Notes under the pieces: generated by a model
Database searches by the model: none
Told to the model about the DNA's origin: nothing
What the model saw: only the letters and a program-made list of their open reading frames with translations
Shown: positions 25,163 through 38,060 of the stretch, piece after piece
How positions within the stretch are numbered: position 1 is the stretch's first letter
Layout of the letters: every line of letters starts with the position of its first letter
Position numbers and translations under genes: made by a program
Source of the DNA: Dicyema japonicum
Lineage: Eukaryota > Animalia > Dicyemida
Direction of reading: 5' to 3'
Length of the DNA stretch: 64,000 nucleotides
Assembly: GCA_011109175.1 (NCBI GenBank)
Contig: RDEW01000003.1
Span: forward strand, 1,484,429-1,548,428

Positions 25163-26984
25163 TTAAAACGTGCATGATTCACTCAGATATCCCTTCAATT
25201 TGTTCACCAATTCATTTCGTCCAACTTTGACCTGACAATTAACCCAAACAAATGCCTCTTTCCTAGATTTTATTTCTTGGATAACAACGGAATCACTCTC
25301 AAGTTCATCCTGACCCACAATCACCGCCAGTTTTGCCTAGTCGCCTTCTGTGCTTTGAAGCCACTATCTATCTTATAGCTGAATCAGTCTAAGGTAAGAA
25401 TAAACCATAAAACATTAACTCCCGCGTCGAACAGTTCTTTGCATATCTTAATTCGTTCGCTGACCATTCTTTGCACGGAATCTTGTTCCTTACTGTAAGG
25501 AATCGTAATGACAAAGACGTCAGTACAATTTGTCTTCAAAGCAGTATTATTTTCCTAAGGTTCTAAAATTAACGACAACTTTATAGGTATTCTCCACAAA
25601 GGAGAACAATCTCTCAACTCCAACAGAAAAGCCAACACATGGAATCTTGACATTTCCTTCCTGGAACATGTTCACCAGGTTATCGTAACGACCCCCACCA
25701 GCAACACTACCGACGGAAGAACCATTGATGGACTCTGTTGTAACATTAAGCAAAGTTAACCCAAAAGACGGACCTCAAAAATAAGTCCAGTATAATAATC
25801 CAGCCCACGTGCCAAACTTAGGTCGAAGCTTAACTGAATATTAAGGACACAAAAAAAACCTTAGATGTAATACCAAATGATTCACAGTAATCATAAAGTA
25901 GATTCATTTCCTTCAACGCCTCGACAGCTGTAGGGTTGGCTGAGAGTGATTCATCCTTCAGTAGTTTGAGACCAAATCTCAGTCCCCTTTTGTAATTACC
26001 GACATAAAAACATTCATTTAGAATAATACTCAAGCCCGCCGACAATTTCCACGTCGATATTCTTTGAATTGATCAATTCGTCAGCTACTGTCTCCCAGGG
26101 AACCTACAATTACCAAATAGTGACCACCTTATCCAGCTTATCAATGGAAGAACAAATAGTGGCAAATTTATCCCTCGGAGACTTCAGATAATCCAGCATT
26201 TCATCCAGCAATTTTCTACTGTTAATCTAAAAATAAACAGAATGGCTATACCTTGATGACAAAATCGCCCAGGTTCAGACACGTGAAGACTTCATAGACA
26301 ATCCTCAGTACCTCTGCGTCTGGGAGCATGGGAGAGTAATCACCGGCGATATCGAAATCCTAGCAGTTTAAAACCAAGGCAAACGCATTGCATGAATTCT
26401 CTGTACCTTCCTCGACTCATGGCTGGATTGTCTCGTCTGTAAACCTTTCCAATGTGGTATCTCTTCATTTTGTTAATCTTCCTCAGAGCCAAATATCTAG
26501 CAAAAGGGACCTAAGAATAAAAAAGGTTTATTTTACAGTTAGATCATATCTGAGTGATAAGAGTTCCCTACCTAGGTCAACCAAATCGTAGATTAGCTAG
26601 GATTCCTCCCCGTATTTACCTGTGAGAATTTCCTTTAGTCAAAATTTGAATCTACCTTTAATTCGAAGACTGGAGTGTCGATACTCTCAGCTCCGTGCCT
26701 CTTAAAGCAACCCACAATTTTTTCCATGATCTGGTCCCTAATTATCATCTGAGAAGGAACAAAATCTTGTGTGCCCTTTGAATTATTAATTTTATCACCT
26801 TGGCAGTTTTTATTTTGATTTTATCATTATTTACTGATTTGGCCCTCAAAGCATAAAGTTTGTTTATTTCCGCTTGGATCTATACATGAAGCCAATTATG
26901 AAACATCGTTGTTGTCTAGATTTTGGAAATCCAGATTTCCGATAATTTTATATTGCTCGTATAACTCGTTTTCTGAAGCGCTCA
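25163..26984 (-). CDS. HARS1: Histidyl-tRNA synthetase (spliced); start codon unresolved
   Basis: KTAK|[47 protein letters not shown]; TAA at 25163. Confidence 0.92.
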
Positions 26985-27229
26985 TTACACTGACTATTAA
27001 TAAACAACGTGATAACAACCTTAAAGCTTATGTATGATGAAATAATTTTATTTAGTGAAATAAATTTTGATTAAATATTATATTAAATTTTTAATATTAT
27101 TATTATTAAAGGAAAAATCTTAATTTGTCGAAGGTCTCTTAAACTTAGGCTGAGGTACTAAGGAAACTTAAATTAGTCGCTACCCAGAACAAATCCATGC
27201 AAACTTTAGATAGCCATATAGAAGTAATT

Positions 27230-27900
27230 TCCATCACTATTAACATCCACTCTTTACAATCTCGTTAATATATATACATTCCCCTCGTCTTGCTGCCAGA
27301 ATTGCTATCATCCCGAGTGGAATTTCTACTCAACTTCAATAACGTTACCTCAATGTTAATTACCTACTGTGATATTCGACTCTGTCCTTAGATAGGGACA
27401 AATCATCTCAGGACTTGACTCGTTCGGATTATACAATCATGTCCAGTGACATCATTGCTCAACTAGAATATCACATATGACCTAGCCTCTGACCACAACA
27501 TAATCATTGACATACTCTATCTTCTCCGCGTACAACAATCAGTGGGGTTTTTGTAGACTTCAGAAATGGGATAATTGTAAGCAGAAATGGAGAACCCTTG
27601 AAAGACATCTCTTCGTGCAACTTTACCTCTTCGGAAAAACCCGTGGCCTTTTTCAATTACATTCCAATGTCAAAATTTACTTAACCTAAGAGTCTATCCA
27701 ATACTAGGTTAGAGGGAGTTCTTCGCTCTTGCACAAGAGATTCATCAGTACGGCTTTGAATTATGCCAACCAAAGATGGGGCACATGGATGTCACAAAAG
27801 CTACAGCAGGTGCAAGATTTAGCATTGAGAGCTATAACAGACTGTTTAAAATCACCTTCTGTTGACCTCTTACATTAGAGTCGAAGATCCTGCCGTTGGG
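27230..27900 (+). mobile_element. Degenerate LINE endonuclease/RT remnants
   Basis: DLASDHNIIID (end of APE) and LNYANQRWG..QKLQQVQDLALRAIT. Confidence 0.5.
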
Positions 27901-28019
27901 TCTTACATTATCTACAACAATTATTGACCCCACCACTCAACCTTCTCTTTACTTGAATTCACTAACCACAGACACAAGATATCTGTTTGGTTTTTCTGTT
28001 CATCCTCTTCTCTTTCGAA

Positions 28020-28170
28020 TAGAGTGGCATCTTGTGATCCACATTTCTCAGGTGGCGCCCACTGCTACGATAGCACAATAAAGGATCATTTGCTGTCCCC
28101 CACTCGATTGGATGGGTTCCACGACTGCAAGGAATGGACATGTTTTACCTTTAATGCTTATTCTGGATGT
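28020..28170 (+). repeat. Divergent SINE-A-related copy; pseudoknot at 28026-28088
   Basis: P2 TGATCC/GGATCA kept; P4 changed to TGCTA/TAGCA; downstream leader homologous to SINE-A. Confidence 0.75.
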
Positions 28171-28779
28171 ACTTTTTAAGGATTCCTGGACAAAATCAAA
28201 AAGCAGCAGGGGGGAAACAATTGATTTACTCAAAACGAAACGTATGAGTTTGGTAACGCTTCCACTGAAATTGTTTATTACCAGCAAAAATTCTTGGAAT
28301 TCAAACGTTGGAAAAATCCAATACGTGTGACATTCGGAAGGCCAGAATGTCTCAAATACTGACAATTTACCCTTTAAGGGGGACGTAAATATTGTGTATG
28401 CCAAATAGATTCAGCAGTAATTTAAACCAGTATGGTTGTACGAGCAGAATAATTTAATGAATGAACACCAAATAGTAAGCTGACATTATAATTTAACCGA
28501 CTAGAACACTATAACTAGAAATTGACTTGTAGTCATTAGTCAGTCGAACATATAACACCGATATTATCTCAACTCCATCCATAATCCCTGTGACAGACCA
28601 TCCTACACACCATCATGTCACAAAAACAAGGATCGTGAAAACACTCTAGATTTAGTAGATCTACTACATGTACCCTTAATATTTCAGAGTAAAGAGTATT
28701 AGGTTAATCTAATGCTGACAACAACAAACATAAAGCAAATAGAACAGTGACGAAATAAAAAATAGCCAGAAAAGTTAAA

Positions 28780-29499
28780 TTACTTCTTATAGGCGCGACT
28801 CTTTCTCCTTCCTCTCGCCCTTTCGAATTTAGTTCCCTTGTGACGGACATAAGGTCTACAATAAGGCACAATCCCAACCTTGTATGACTGTGTGGAGCAC
28901 CAGGAGCCGGTCCATGATGCTTACATACAGTTCTGGCATTCCTGTGTGCCTGGATTAGCATGGTTTTTTCTCCCTTTGGAGCAACCACAGCAAGCTCATC
29001 GAAGGTTAAAATTTTCCCACCAGCTTCCAGAATTCTCGCACGTGCCTTCTGTGTAACGTGGAGAGCACAAACCTAAGAATAAAGTCTCAAATATAATACT
29101 GTCATCTTTGGTACCTTTTCCGGTATCATTCGTAGATCGTCAGTTATAGTCCCCACACAAACAGCAACTACATTCTCAACTGTTGACTTTTGAAGATGTT
29201 TTACCTATGCAATACATCAACCAATCCTAACCAGTCTAGACAGGCACATTGGGGGTCTGTTAGTCCTGCTCATCAAGAGACGGTGCAAAACCACCTTGTT
29301 AAACCCAGAGTCAATCTTCCTGTTGAGATACGTGTAGACCTATCGGTTTATAAGAAAATTGTACCTTGATCAGCTCCCTCATGTATAAATTTGGTGTGTG
29401 AGGGCGAGTTCGTCTGACTTTCCTGTCGTACCTGTGACTTATATCGATTCCCTAAAATATGAATATAGACTTTATCTCAAATGTAAAAAAACAAACCAT
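28780..29499 (-). CDS. RPL18: 60S ribosomal protein L18 (eL18)
   Basis: M|[14 protein letters not shown]...[11 protein letters not shown]...[11 protein letters not shown]|[24 protein letters not shown]; introns of 45, 25, 27, 27 and 23 nt. Confidence 0.97.
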
Positions 29500-29899
29500 A
29501 TGAACAAAGAAACGTGAACAATAAAAACGTGTTATAAATTTAAATATAAAAATTTAATAAATAATTAATAATAATTTTTTTAACAAATCTGTAATTTTTT
29601 GTTGAGTATTTATATCTGAAGTATAAAAAATTAAAAAGTTTAACTGATCTCAACTGTAAGTACTATAAAGACAAATACATTATTAGAGAGGTGTCAACCA
29701 CTCAATTTACACAGTGACACCATACAACCTCATTATGGAAGATTTTTTTAATCAAAATGTAACTGGGGGCTTTCAAGGTCGGTGGATTACTACGGTTCCT
29801 CTCTCTTTAGATCAAGATTATTCCAAAATTGGTGGGAAAATGAGAATAGTTGACGACCTCGATGAACTAAATGATTTGTAATTGGGAGTATTTTTGACT

Positions 29900-30450
29900 T
29901 GGTTTGCACGTAGGTTACCTGCTCATGCAGAAAACTGCTTACGATTGTAACCAACAGACTCACCTACTCTCCCTTGCCAATCAACTATTTATTAGTTTGC
30001 CTCGAGTGCCAAGCTTACATTCTCAGTTCCTTCTATTGATCCTCTGCGGAGACGATGAAAAAACCTTTAACCCACTTCCGCTGTTTATAGGTTGAAAATC
30101 CTCCAACTAAACATTAACGGGATTTCCATAAATGTAATGATCTGAGGTACTTCCTATACATGAATTCAGTGGACACTGCTCTTATCTAAGAGTCAAAGTT
30201 AACTACAAAGTCTAAAAGCCCTAATTTTAAAAGCTATCCCATCATCCGTTCAGACCGCCTTTCTTCTACAACTAGGGGTGGACTTTTTATTCTTGTTAAT
30301 GAGTCTATTCCTTTTTGGCGATTCATCCTCTTCTACTAAATCCCTCCTATTAGACGAAGTTGCTTTATGTGGTGATTTAATACTCATCATCCTACCTGTT
30401 TATCCTCTAGCAAACCTGTTAAATACGAAGATGTATATAAACTATAAACG
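29900..30450 (+). mobile_element. Degenerate Ingi/Vingi-like LINE 5' region
   Basis: LLLILCGDDEK (decayed 2A-like) followed by LKILQLNING and GGGLFILV (APE). Confidence 0.55.
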
Positions 30451-30991
30451 TATAAAAGTGGGATTCTTACAGAAACGAGACTAAATGCGTACTCGGAGAC
30501 TTTTCTTGTGCTTCTTTCCGCTCTTTTGATGCCTTTTCAAGTTCTTCACAAACTCCCTAATTACAGTAAACAAAAAATTCATTCCCGTGATTTCATCGTT
30601 AATCGTGGATTCTAATTGCTTTCCTACCTAACAAAGATTTTTTAAGGTTTCCAGAAAAATCTTCCGAGTTAACATGCCTTTCATTAAAATGGTGGTTAAG
30701 CATACCATATTTAGTTATTGATGACACATCATTTATTTACATAACCCTAGGAAACATCGAGAAAGAGGGTAATGGTAACCAGACTAATTAGGCGATCCCG
30801 ATTCCCTTCATCACTCTAGGCATTTTCATCCTGTGCTCATCGAGAAACTCAAACACTTCCCGGAAGTGTCTGCGCTTGTGTCTATAAAGGAAATCGACGG
30901 GGGACAGATGTCTGAAGGGTCGTCCATTTTCAGATGGCTCCATGGATGAACATAGTCGATTTCCTTGTTTCTACTAGAAATATGTTAGCGT

Positions 30992-31052
30992 GGCGTCATG
31001 TGGTTCACCTTTCATGGTAGCGCTCAGTGTTAAATTTCACCAAAAGGAACCA
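30992..31052 (+). ncRNA. Pseudoknot with HDV-ribozyme-like topology at LINE 5' end
   Basis: P1 GGCGT/GCGCT with G1-U wobble, P2 TGGTTC/GAACCA, P3 ACC/GGT, short weak P4, J4/2 CCAAAAG. Confidence 0.55.
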
Positions 31053-31136
31053 TATTCTCTTCCTATCGAAACTCCTCGTATGCCTGGATGGTATACCTCA
31101 ACTGGAAACTCGAGATGTTGTTTGTTCCCCTGGATT

Positions 31137-31175
31137 CTATTGCTTTCTGGAGATATTGAACAAAACCCTGGACCA
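31137..31175 (+). other. 2A-like ribosomal skipping (StopGo) motif
   Basis: In-frame LLLSGDIEQNPGP fits the D(V/I)ExNPGP consensus, directly upstream of the APE domain. Confidence 0.85.
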
Positions 31176-32949
31176 AAACCCCTTGTTATTATGCAACTCA
31201 ATGCTAACGGAATAAAAACAAAGATTCTGAAGTTACGATGTCTATGATCGAAACACAAGATTGACATTTGCCTTATCCAGGAGTCAAAATATTCTAGAGT
31301 ACAGCCCCACTTTTTCCTGGATACATCTCTATCAGAAAAGACCGTATTGGACGTGGTGGCGGCTTACCATTATTAAAAACGGTTTATCCTTCCACGATGT
31401 GAGCTCGCAAGTTAATGATTTAATCATTATCTACATGGCAGGACCCCGGAATAACTTATTCTAATCAACATTTACATTCCGTCGCCGGGCCGCCGGGATC
31501 CGTTCCCTACGATTTTCATAGTGATCATAATTCGAATATATTAAAACTGAGCCGATTCAATAACTCACGTAGAATTAAAGCAACCTTCAAGATCTACAAG
31601 AAAGCTGACTGGTCAAATTTCAAGCTCTTCATTGACCATAACCAAATATATTTTGATCCCAGCTCATTTTGCTCCATCGACAAAGCTGTGGACCATCTAA
31701 GCCATATAATCCTTCGAGCTGAAAAGTTGTTTGTCTCACGTGCAGTTTAAAAATCCTACAAAACTACTCTGGACTCGGAGACTCGTCACCTCACCAAGCA
31801 AAGAAACTCCCTGAAGATGAATCACCAACAAACCTCTTCTGATTTACAACCTAATGAAATATTACGCATCTATAAGTCACAATGACTTCTCGAAAACTCA
31901 TTCTTGTCACCTTCGGAATTTAATGCCTAAACCAACTTCGTGGATCGATTTATTTACGCATGCCGAGGTCACACAGGCTATAAGATCGATGAAGAGATCT
32001 TATACGTGTGGTCCTGACTATATTCCGGGAATTCTGTTAAAACACCTTGGTAATGTTGCAATCAACCGGAAGAAGAGGACTTGTCTGTATAGGCCACACA
32101 AGATCGAGGTCCCGTCTTCTACCAAATGGCGTCCCTCAAGGATCGCCCTTCTCTCTGGGGCTATTCAATTTATTCCTAAACGATTTACCCTGCCCTGGAA
32201 GATCAGATTCAATGCTTCTTACATATGCTGACGACTTAATTATTACTAGCAGGAGCAAATACGTGGATATGGCAAAATCAGAGCTCAGTCACATATTGAT
32301 GACCTGGGAGCCTGGTTGAATTTCATCGGTCTGTGTGGTCACGAAACAGTCGTTTCTTCCATTCAAGACTAAAAGCCTCAAATACACGTAAATTGGAAAA
32401 AAAACCCACCCCTTTTCAAAATCTAATGAAAGGTGATCGTCGTCGGTGCAGGAAAGCCGTGGGTACTCTGGAGGAACATAAGAAAAACCTCTCGATCTTT
32501 TTGAGCTGTACCGGGATCACTCAATTAGTTGGTTTATTCTTTCTTTCTTGGTGTTCCCTTTTCGGGGTTATTAAATAAAAAATACTCAACATTAAACGAC
32601 CTTTATACGCAATACATACAACCGACAATCAGCTACTGTTGTGCGGCATGGGGTACAAACCTATCCTATACCAACCTAAAGAAAATCAATGCCTTACAAG
32701 AAACTGTCACAGGGGCCTTACAAAGGTTCTCCTCCTCGCCACAATGCCAAATCCGTTCGAGGAACTTGTGAAGAAAACGGGAACCCGTTTGAAATCTCCA
32801 AATTTCCGAAAAGTGGATCATCCATACAAGAAGTGTGTCAGCTCTCGAGAGGAACAACGAGAAAAAATTAGACCGCTGCATAAGGAAACCGGGATTACTT
32901 CGGTTCCCTTTCTCTTTTTATTTTGTCGGTGATTCTTGGTTTTAAATAA

Positions 32950-33010
32950 ATACACTTGGGAAGAAGTTAATAGTTGACGACTAATTAAATGTATCCAGTT
33001 ACCATACAGG
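32950..33010 (-). repeat. SINE-A-like 3' tail fragment
   Basis: Reverse strand AACTGGATACATTTAATTAGTCG...AAGTGTAT resembles the SINE-A 3' end. Confidence 0.55.
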
Positions 33011-35049
33011 CGAGATGATCTCACTAGAGAAGGTTAGAATGAGTTAATTTAGCTCGGACGAGATTTATAGTTTTCCAGTCGCTACATATGTCGGGGATTC
33101 GGAGCGCAGTTTCCATTTCGAAGGGTTTCCCAGTCCAATGTAAGGACTGTGAAATATTTGAACTGCAACTGCACCCTGTATCAGAGGTCCGTGGAAAGAT
33201 TACTACAAAGGAGACGGCGTTTCCTCATTCTGGGATGTATAATTATGTAAGCACCATCGTATAGTACAAAGCTACTGTAGCAGTAGTGGTATCACTTCAA
33301 AGGATTACCTTACTTAAAAATCAGGGATCCAAAATGATGCTCAACACCGTTTCAGTGAATGCATTTCAAGAAGGCACCTACTGGACTACATGGTAAGTTA
33401 AATAACGGTAATCTCAAGTTGGGCTAAGTTCTTAGACGCTGAGAGGAGGTGGAACTGGTTTTAGTAAGGTAACTGGAAAATCTCAGTAGGTTCTAGTTTT
33501 TGCAACCTATAATTCATCTGTTATCTACCGTTGATAAAATCTTTAAAAAAGTGACTTTTTCGGACCTTCAGGTCAGATTCCATGAAAATGGATCCTATAC
33601 TGACTGCGCTTTTCTTGAGTGTGGAAAGAGTTTTTGACTTGGTTTGCCATGATGGGCACCGATGCGCCCTCGTTGAAGGGGGAATATCCCTGGTACTCGG
33701 TAGCTAGATCTCCAGTTTTCTGGAAGATCGGATGAATAATGTGCGGCAAAAAGGTTGCCATTTGTTTGGAATAACCGGGAGTCCCACAGGAGTCAGTATA
33801 AAGCCCAATCCTCATTAATATCTTTCTCGCTTAACANACCCCGCCCTAACCAATGTGAGAACTGAAAGGCTGTCTATGTGAGAATATTCTAGTAACGCTC
33901 GTAGAATCAGGGTGTCAGGAGGTGCAAGGTTTAGTGGATGCGATTACACAATGATGGTACTAAAAATTTCAGATTAGGGTACTCTAACTCCCAGAGTGAC
34001 TGCCTATAAGATATCTGTAGCGGTCACAGGGAGTGAGCTCCGTCTGAAAATAGCCTTAAAAATGATTAAATTATTTTGCAATAAAACAGTGAAAATAAAA
34101 GTAAGTCAATTTGCAAATCTGCGTCACCAAACAAATTTTAAAGAAAATATTATATTTCTAAGGCAAAAATATCATCAAAGTCTTGTTGAGTTACTTTGAA
34201 GATATCGTTGAGGATGGAAATATCCAACAAAGTAACAATTCCGACAATAGAGATAACCTGATTCAAGAAATACACACTGCTGTATCTCCTCATTTGGATA
34301 TGCATAATCAACTCCTCATACATCTGCAAATTGACCTGCTCAATCCTTTTTGGATCTTTAGGATTGGTCCCCACTGTAAATTTAGTTATGAATGTCAACC
34401 ATATTCACACATCATCATTCTGTAAATCTGGTTGTAGTCAGCAGATATGAGGGACATGATGTTGAGGAGATCAAATATTGCTTCAAGGCGAAGCACAAAA
34501 TCGTAAGGGAAGTTTTTCCAGTTTTGAAAAATTTGGGAAAAACAAATTATCGGCTGAATAAAAAAAGATTCAAGAAGCAGTATAGCTGAGAATCTCTTAG
34601 CAATGATTTTTTTTATCCTCCAAGTCCATGTCCATATCCAAAGTTAGTCCATTTTTCAGTCTTTTGTGGAAAGAATATTTTATTTTCCTGATTACATCTT
34701 CATCTAAGATCATTATCTATCACACTGAAACGTAGATAGTAATTTATGGTAAAACCTTAACGTTGGTCAACAATGACGTTATAATGACGTCACAATATTG
34801 CCACAACGATTCATTTCATAATTTTAAAAAGTTCATTTCTCTATTTAAAAAAATATTTACTATATTTTTTTAAATAATGAAAATTAGTAAAACCGCACAT
34901 TTTAATGTTAATCCAATTAATCCAGAAATCCTTAATTTATACTTTTTTTCATTAAATTATGATAATCCATATTCCACCAACTCTTATCACATTAGGGCTA
35001 TCTGAGGATTATACAGTTCTATCATTTAAGGAATAATTTTATGCAAGGA

Positions 35050-36000
35050 CCTAAATCTCCACAATGCCGGAACTGACCGATCTATGGGAGCGACCAACAT
35101 CTGCTGCGTACTACTTAATAGCTGCTGGCCTCCTACAAGTTAGTGAGGCTGGGGTTACTTAACTAACTAACCTGAATACTTGCCACTATTGGATGCTTTC
35201 AAGGGGAAAGTCAAGAGTGGACTAGATGGGTTACATAATGATTACCGAATCGCTCTCCAACCATCAACCAACAAATGTTATTGTGTGAAGACCGGATGAT
35301 AGTCTCGGGAACTTAATTACTATATTTGACATTTTGTTCCTATTTCTTTCTGTGGATAATCGTTCCAACACTTGAATATGCCTGTCCCGCATGGGGGTTT
35401 GCGATATCATCTTTCAAACTCAATAAATTATATTGAATCAGACGGAGAACTACACGTTTGCACCCCACACTATTGCAATCTCCTTTTCCTACTCTTTTAT
35501 CAGAGAACACGAGGAATCATGGAAGTGGTTTCCTGTGTTTCTGCAAGAACCAGGATGGTCACTCAAATCTCCCTTATTCAGGACCTAATCAAAAACACTC
35601 GTAAAAATGTCTCATCCCATTATACAAACAATCAATCAGGACGACGCTTAATTATGCCTTCCCACGTTGGGCACACATATCACTCACTATCCTACGAAAA
35701 CTACAACAGATGCAGAACTCAACATTGAGATATATAAAGGGAGGTCTAAAATCTACTCCTTTGACCACCTACGCTAGGAGACGAACATTATGCAGAAAAG
35801 AGAGGCTAACAATATCTCCACAATCACTTGACCCTAAGAAACCTTATCATTACTCAACCGCACGAATATCAATGTAATCTTTACTGGCCTCCAAATAACA
35901 CTCAGAAAATCTTATCTCCACCAAAAGCCGAACCTAGAATAAATGAGCGAGTTCATGTCCACTCGCTATACAAGCCTATGTAGACAACAGACCTCCTGAT
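35050..36000 (+). mobile_element. Highly degenerate LINE remnants
   Basis: LTDLWERPTSAAYYL-like C-terminus and LEYACPAWG-like segment; fragments out of order. Confidence 0.4.
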
Positions 36001-36349
36001 CAAGTTGAAGAATTTCGTTTTACGCAGACTTCTTGATCTTTGGTCTACAAAAATGTAATGAGTAAAGTTCAAGTGAAGAGTCTTCAGTCTGTTATGTGCA
36101 AGAATGTGTTGGGAGATTGTGAATACTCGACATTCCTCTCATTGGGTCCTAAAAGGGAACAATTATCCAAGACCAGAAGCATCGTTTTGCCTTGTTCAAG
36201 ACAGAAACATGTTCTTCGGAGATCATGATGGGATGCGTAATCATTTTAAAAGTGAAAGAGAACCATGATGTCAAAGGATAAGAAGACATAACAAAGTCGC
36301 CTAATGTCTACTAATGTCTACACTTTAATGTTCTACACTACACTTAGTT

Positions 36350-37817
36350 TTAGAGTTTTGTCGATATATTATTTGTTAATTTTAGCAGGAAATCATAGAA
36401 GTCTCGCAGCATTTTTGGTGCCACATGTGAAATTTTTTCTTCCAAATTGTTTAACAGATCCTTTGTTTCCTCTACGACATTTTCAACATTCTCCGTTTCT
36501 GAATATTCACTATAGATATTATTTTCGGACTCTTCGCACTCTACATCATTTGTTTCGTCTATAACATGATTTAGAAGTTGATCCGTTAGACAGTCTGTCG
36601 CATAAGAATCACGGTTCCTGTCGATTCTCTTCCAACAATTAACAATACATGCCCCATCTATTTTCTCCCACCTTTCGAAATTAGCATCATGACGCAAGTT
36701 TAATTTTGCAATAGAATGTGCAAAATCGTTTTCGAAATCTTGAAAACACACAAATTCCATTAAGAAACTTGAATGTTAATTCTTAAAGGCCTTGATTATT
36801 CCCATATCCAATGGTTGTAAATAGGGCGCTGGATTTTTCGGTAAAAGTGAAAATTCGATATTTGAACATTCAAAAGTTTTATGGCATCCAGCATTGTCAA
36901 GCAATAATAAAAATTTTCTGTTGTTTTTGCGAAACAATTCATTTATTGGTGTAAACCAACTAAGTCTTTCCATAAAAGTCTTTCCAGTCATCCATGCATT
37001 TTTGAAGACGAATACAATAACCCAAAATCTTAGACATCAAAATTTTTTAGGAACCGAGGTTGTTTATACTTTCCAATAATCAATAAGTCAAGTATTTCTC
37101 CAATTAAACTGCAGCATAGAAGAACAGTGAGTCTTTCTTTTCCTTGTTATAGCCACTGTTCGCCTTTTGGGGAGTACTTTTTATAAAAAGCATGGTTTCA
37201 TCGCAATTAAATACATTTTGAGGTCCATATTTTAATACTTTCTCGTCAAATTTTTCAAAATAATCTTTAACGTGAGATAAATCGCATGAGGCCTTTTCTC
37301 CACATATTGACTTGAATTGAAGCTCATGTCGCAATTTAAATCTATCAAGCCACCCATTGGAGGCTTTGCCTGAAATCGGAATTTTATCCACTCGAAGTTG
37401 TTGAAATACTTCAGAGACTTGATCATCAAAATTTTCTTTATCGGCTTTAAATTCCTCATAAAACTCAGAACTAGTATTGCCGCGGTGTAAGAAGGGTACA
37501 ATATTTCGTTTGATTCTTGAAATAGTTCCTTTACTTATACTTTGTGATTAATTGCCTTTCAGATAAATTGTTCCTCATAATTTCTTTAGCAATTCTCAAT
37601 TTAGTTTCGTAATCCATAACCACAACAAAAATGAAAATAAAACAAAAAATAATTAATTTATTATAATTTTATAATCTTAAAAATTGTTAATAAATAATTT
37701 TACGATGTCCCAAAATTTCTATAATTTTTTTATCGATTTTTCATTTTATTATGACAAAATGTTGATTTGAAAAAAGGTGCCCCACCCCTGGGTCTGCCCC
37801 ACTTTGGGGTCGGACTG
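36350..37817 (-). mobile_element. Tigger/pogo transposon remnant (one end visible)
   Basis: ASNGWLDRFKLRH, GEKAS, VFNCDET, LLLLDNAGCH, LQPLDMGIIKAFK; terminus GGGGTCGGACTG|TA at 37817; other TIR not found. Confidence 0.8.
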
Positions 37818-38060
37818 TATTGGGTTCGATTCCAACCCAGCTACCTACAAGGCCAAGGATTCCAATCTGCTGTGTGTTTTCATATATTACTAAAAGCGTC
37901 AGTTAATCCACCTGCCTCAGGAGATGTCTGACCAGCATCTAACTCTTACCTACTCCAACGGAGGGGTTTTCCCAAGGCGGATGTGAACCGATGCTTTGAC
38001 AGGATGTACTTAAAGCAAACCTCAATATTTAAAAATAAAACATTCGTTCAATCAAATAAT

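Larger units (their letters stand above)
30988..32948 (+). mobile_element. Ingi/Vingi-like LINE with both ends, internally deleted: 5' pseudoknot, 2A, APE, RT, 3' hairpin
   Basis: Pseudoknot 30992-31052; GDIEQNPGP 31149-31175; MQLNANGI/IQESK (APE); NGVPQGSPFS and LTYADDLII (RT); 3' stem GGATTAC/GTGATTC then AT-rich tail. Confidence 0.85.

Noticed and set aside
26880-26990. Non-AUG start or recoding at the HARS 5' end
   Set aside because: I could not join the ATG at 26984 in frame, but an unrecognised intron or single-base error is more likely.
33837-33837. Ambiguous base N
   Set aside because: Assembly artefact; it also cautions that single-base frameshifts elsewhere may be errors.
34150-34700. 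Possible piggyBac-like transposase on the minus strand
   Set aside because: Only faint motifs (GLGG, ADNLF, VGT), many stops, no TTAA-flanked TIRs found.
36000-36260. Possible Ty3/Gypsy RNase H fragment (DASGLG, minus strand)
   Set aside because: Single short motif, no LTRs or flanking domains.
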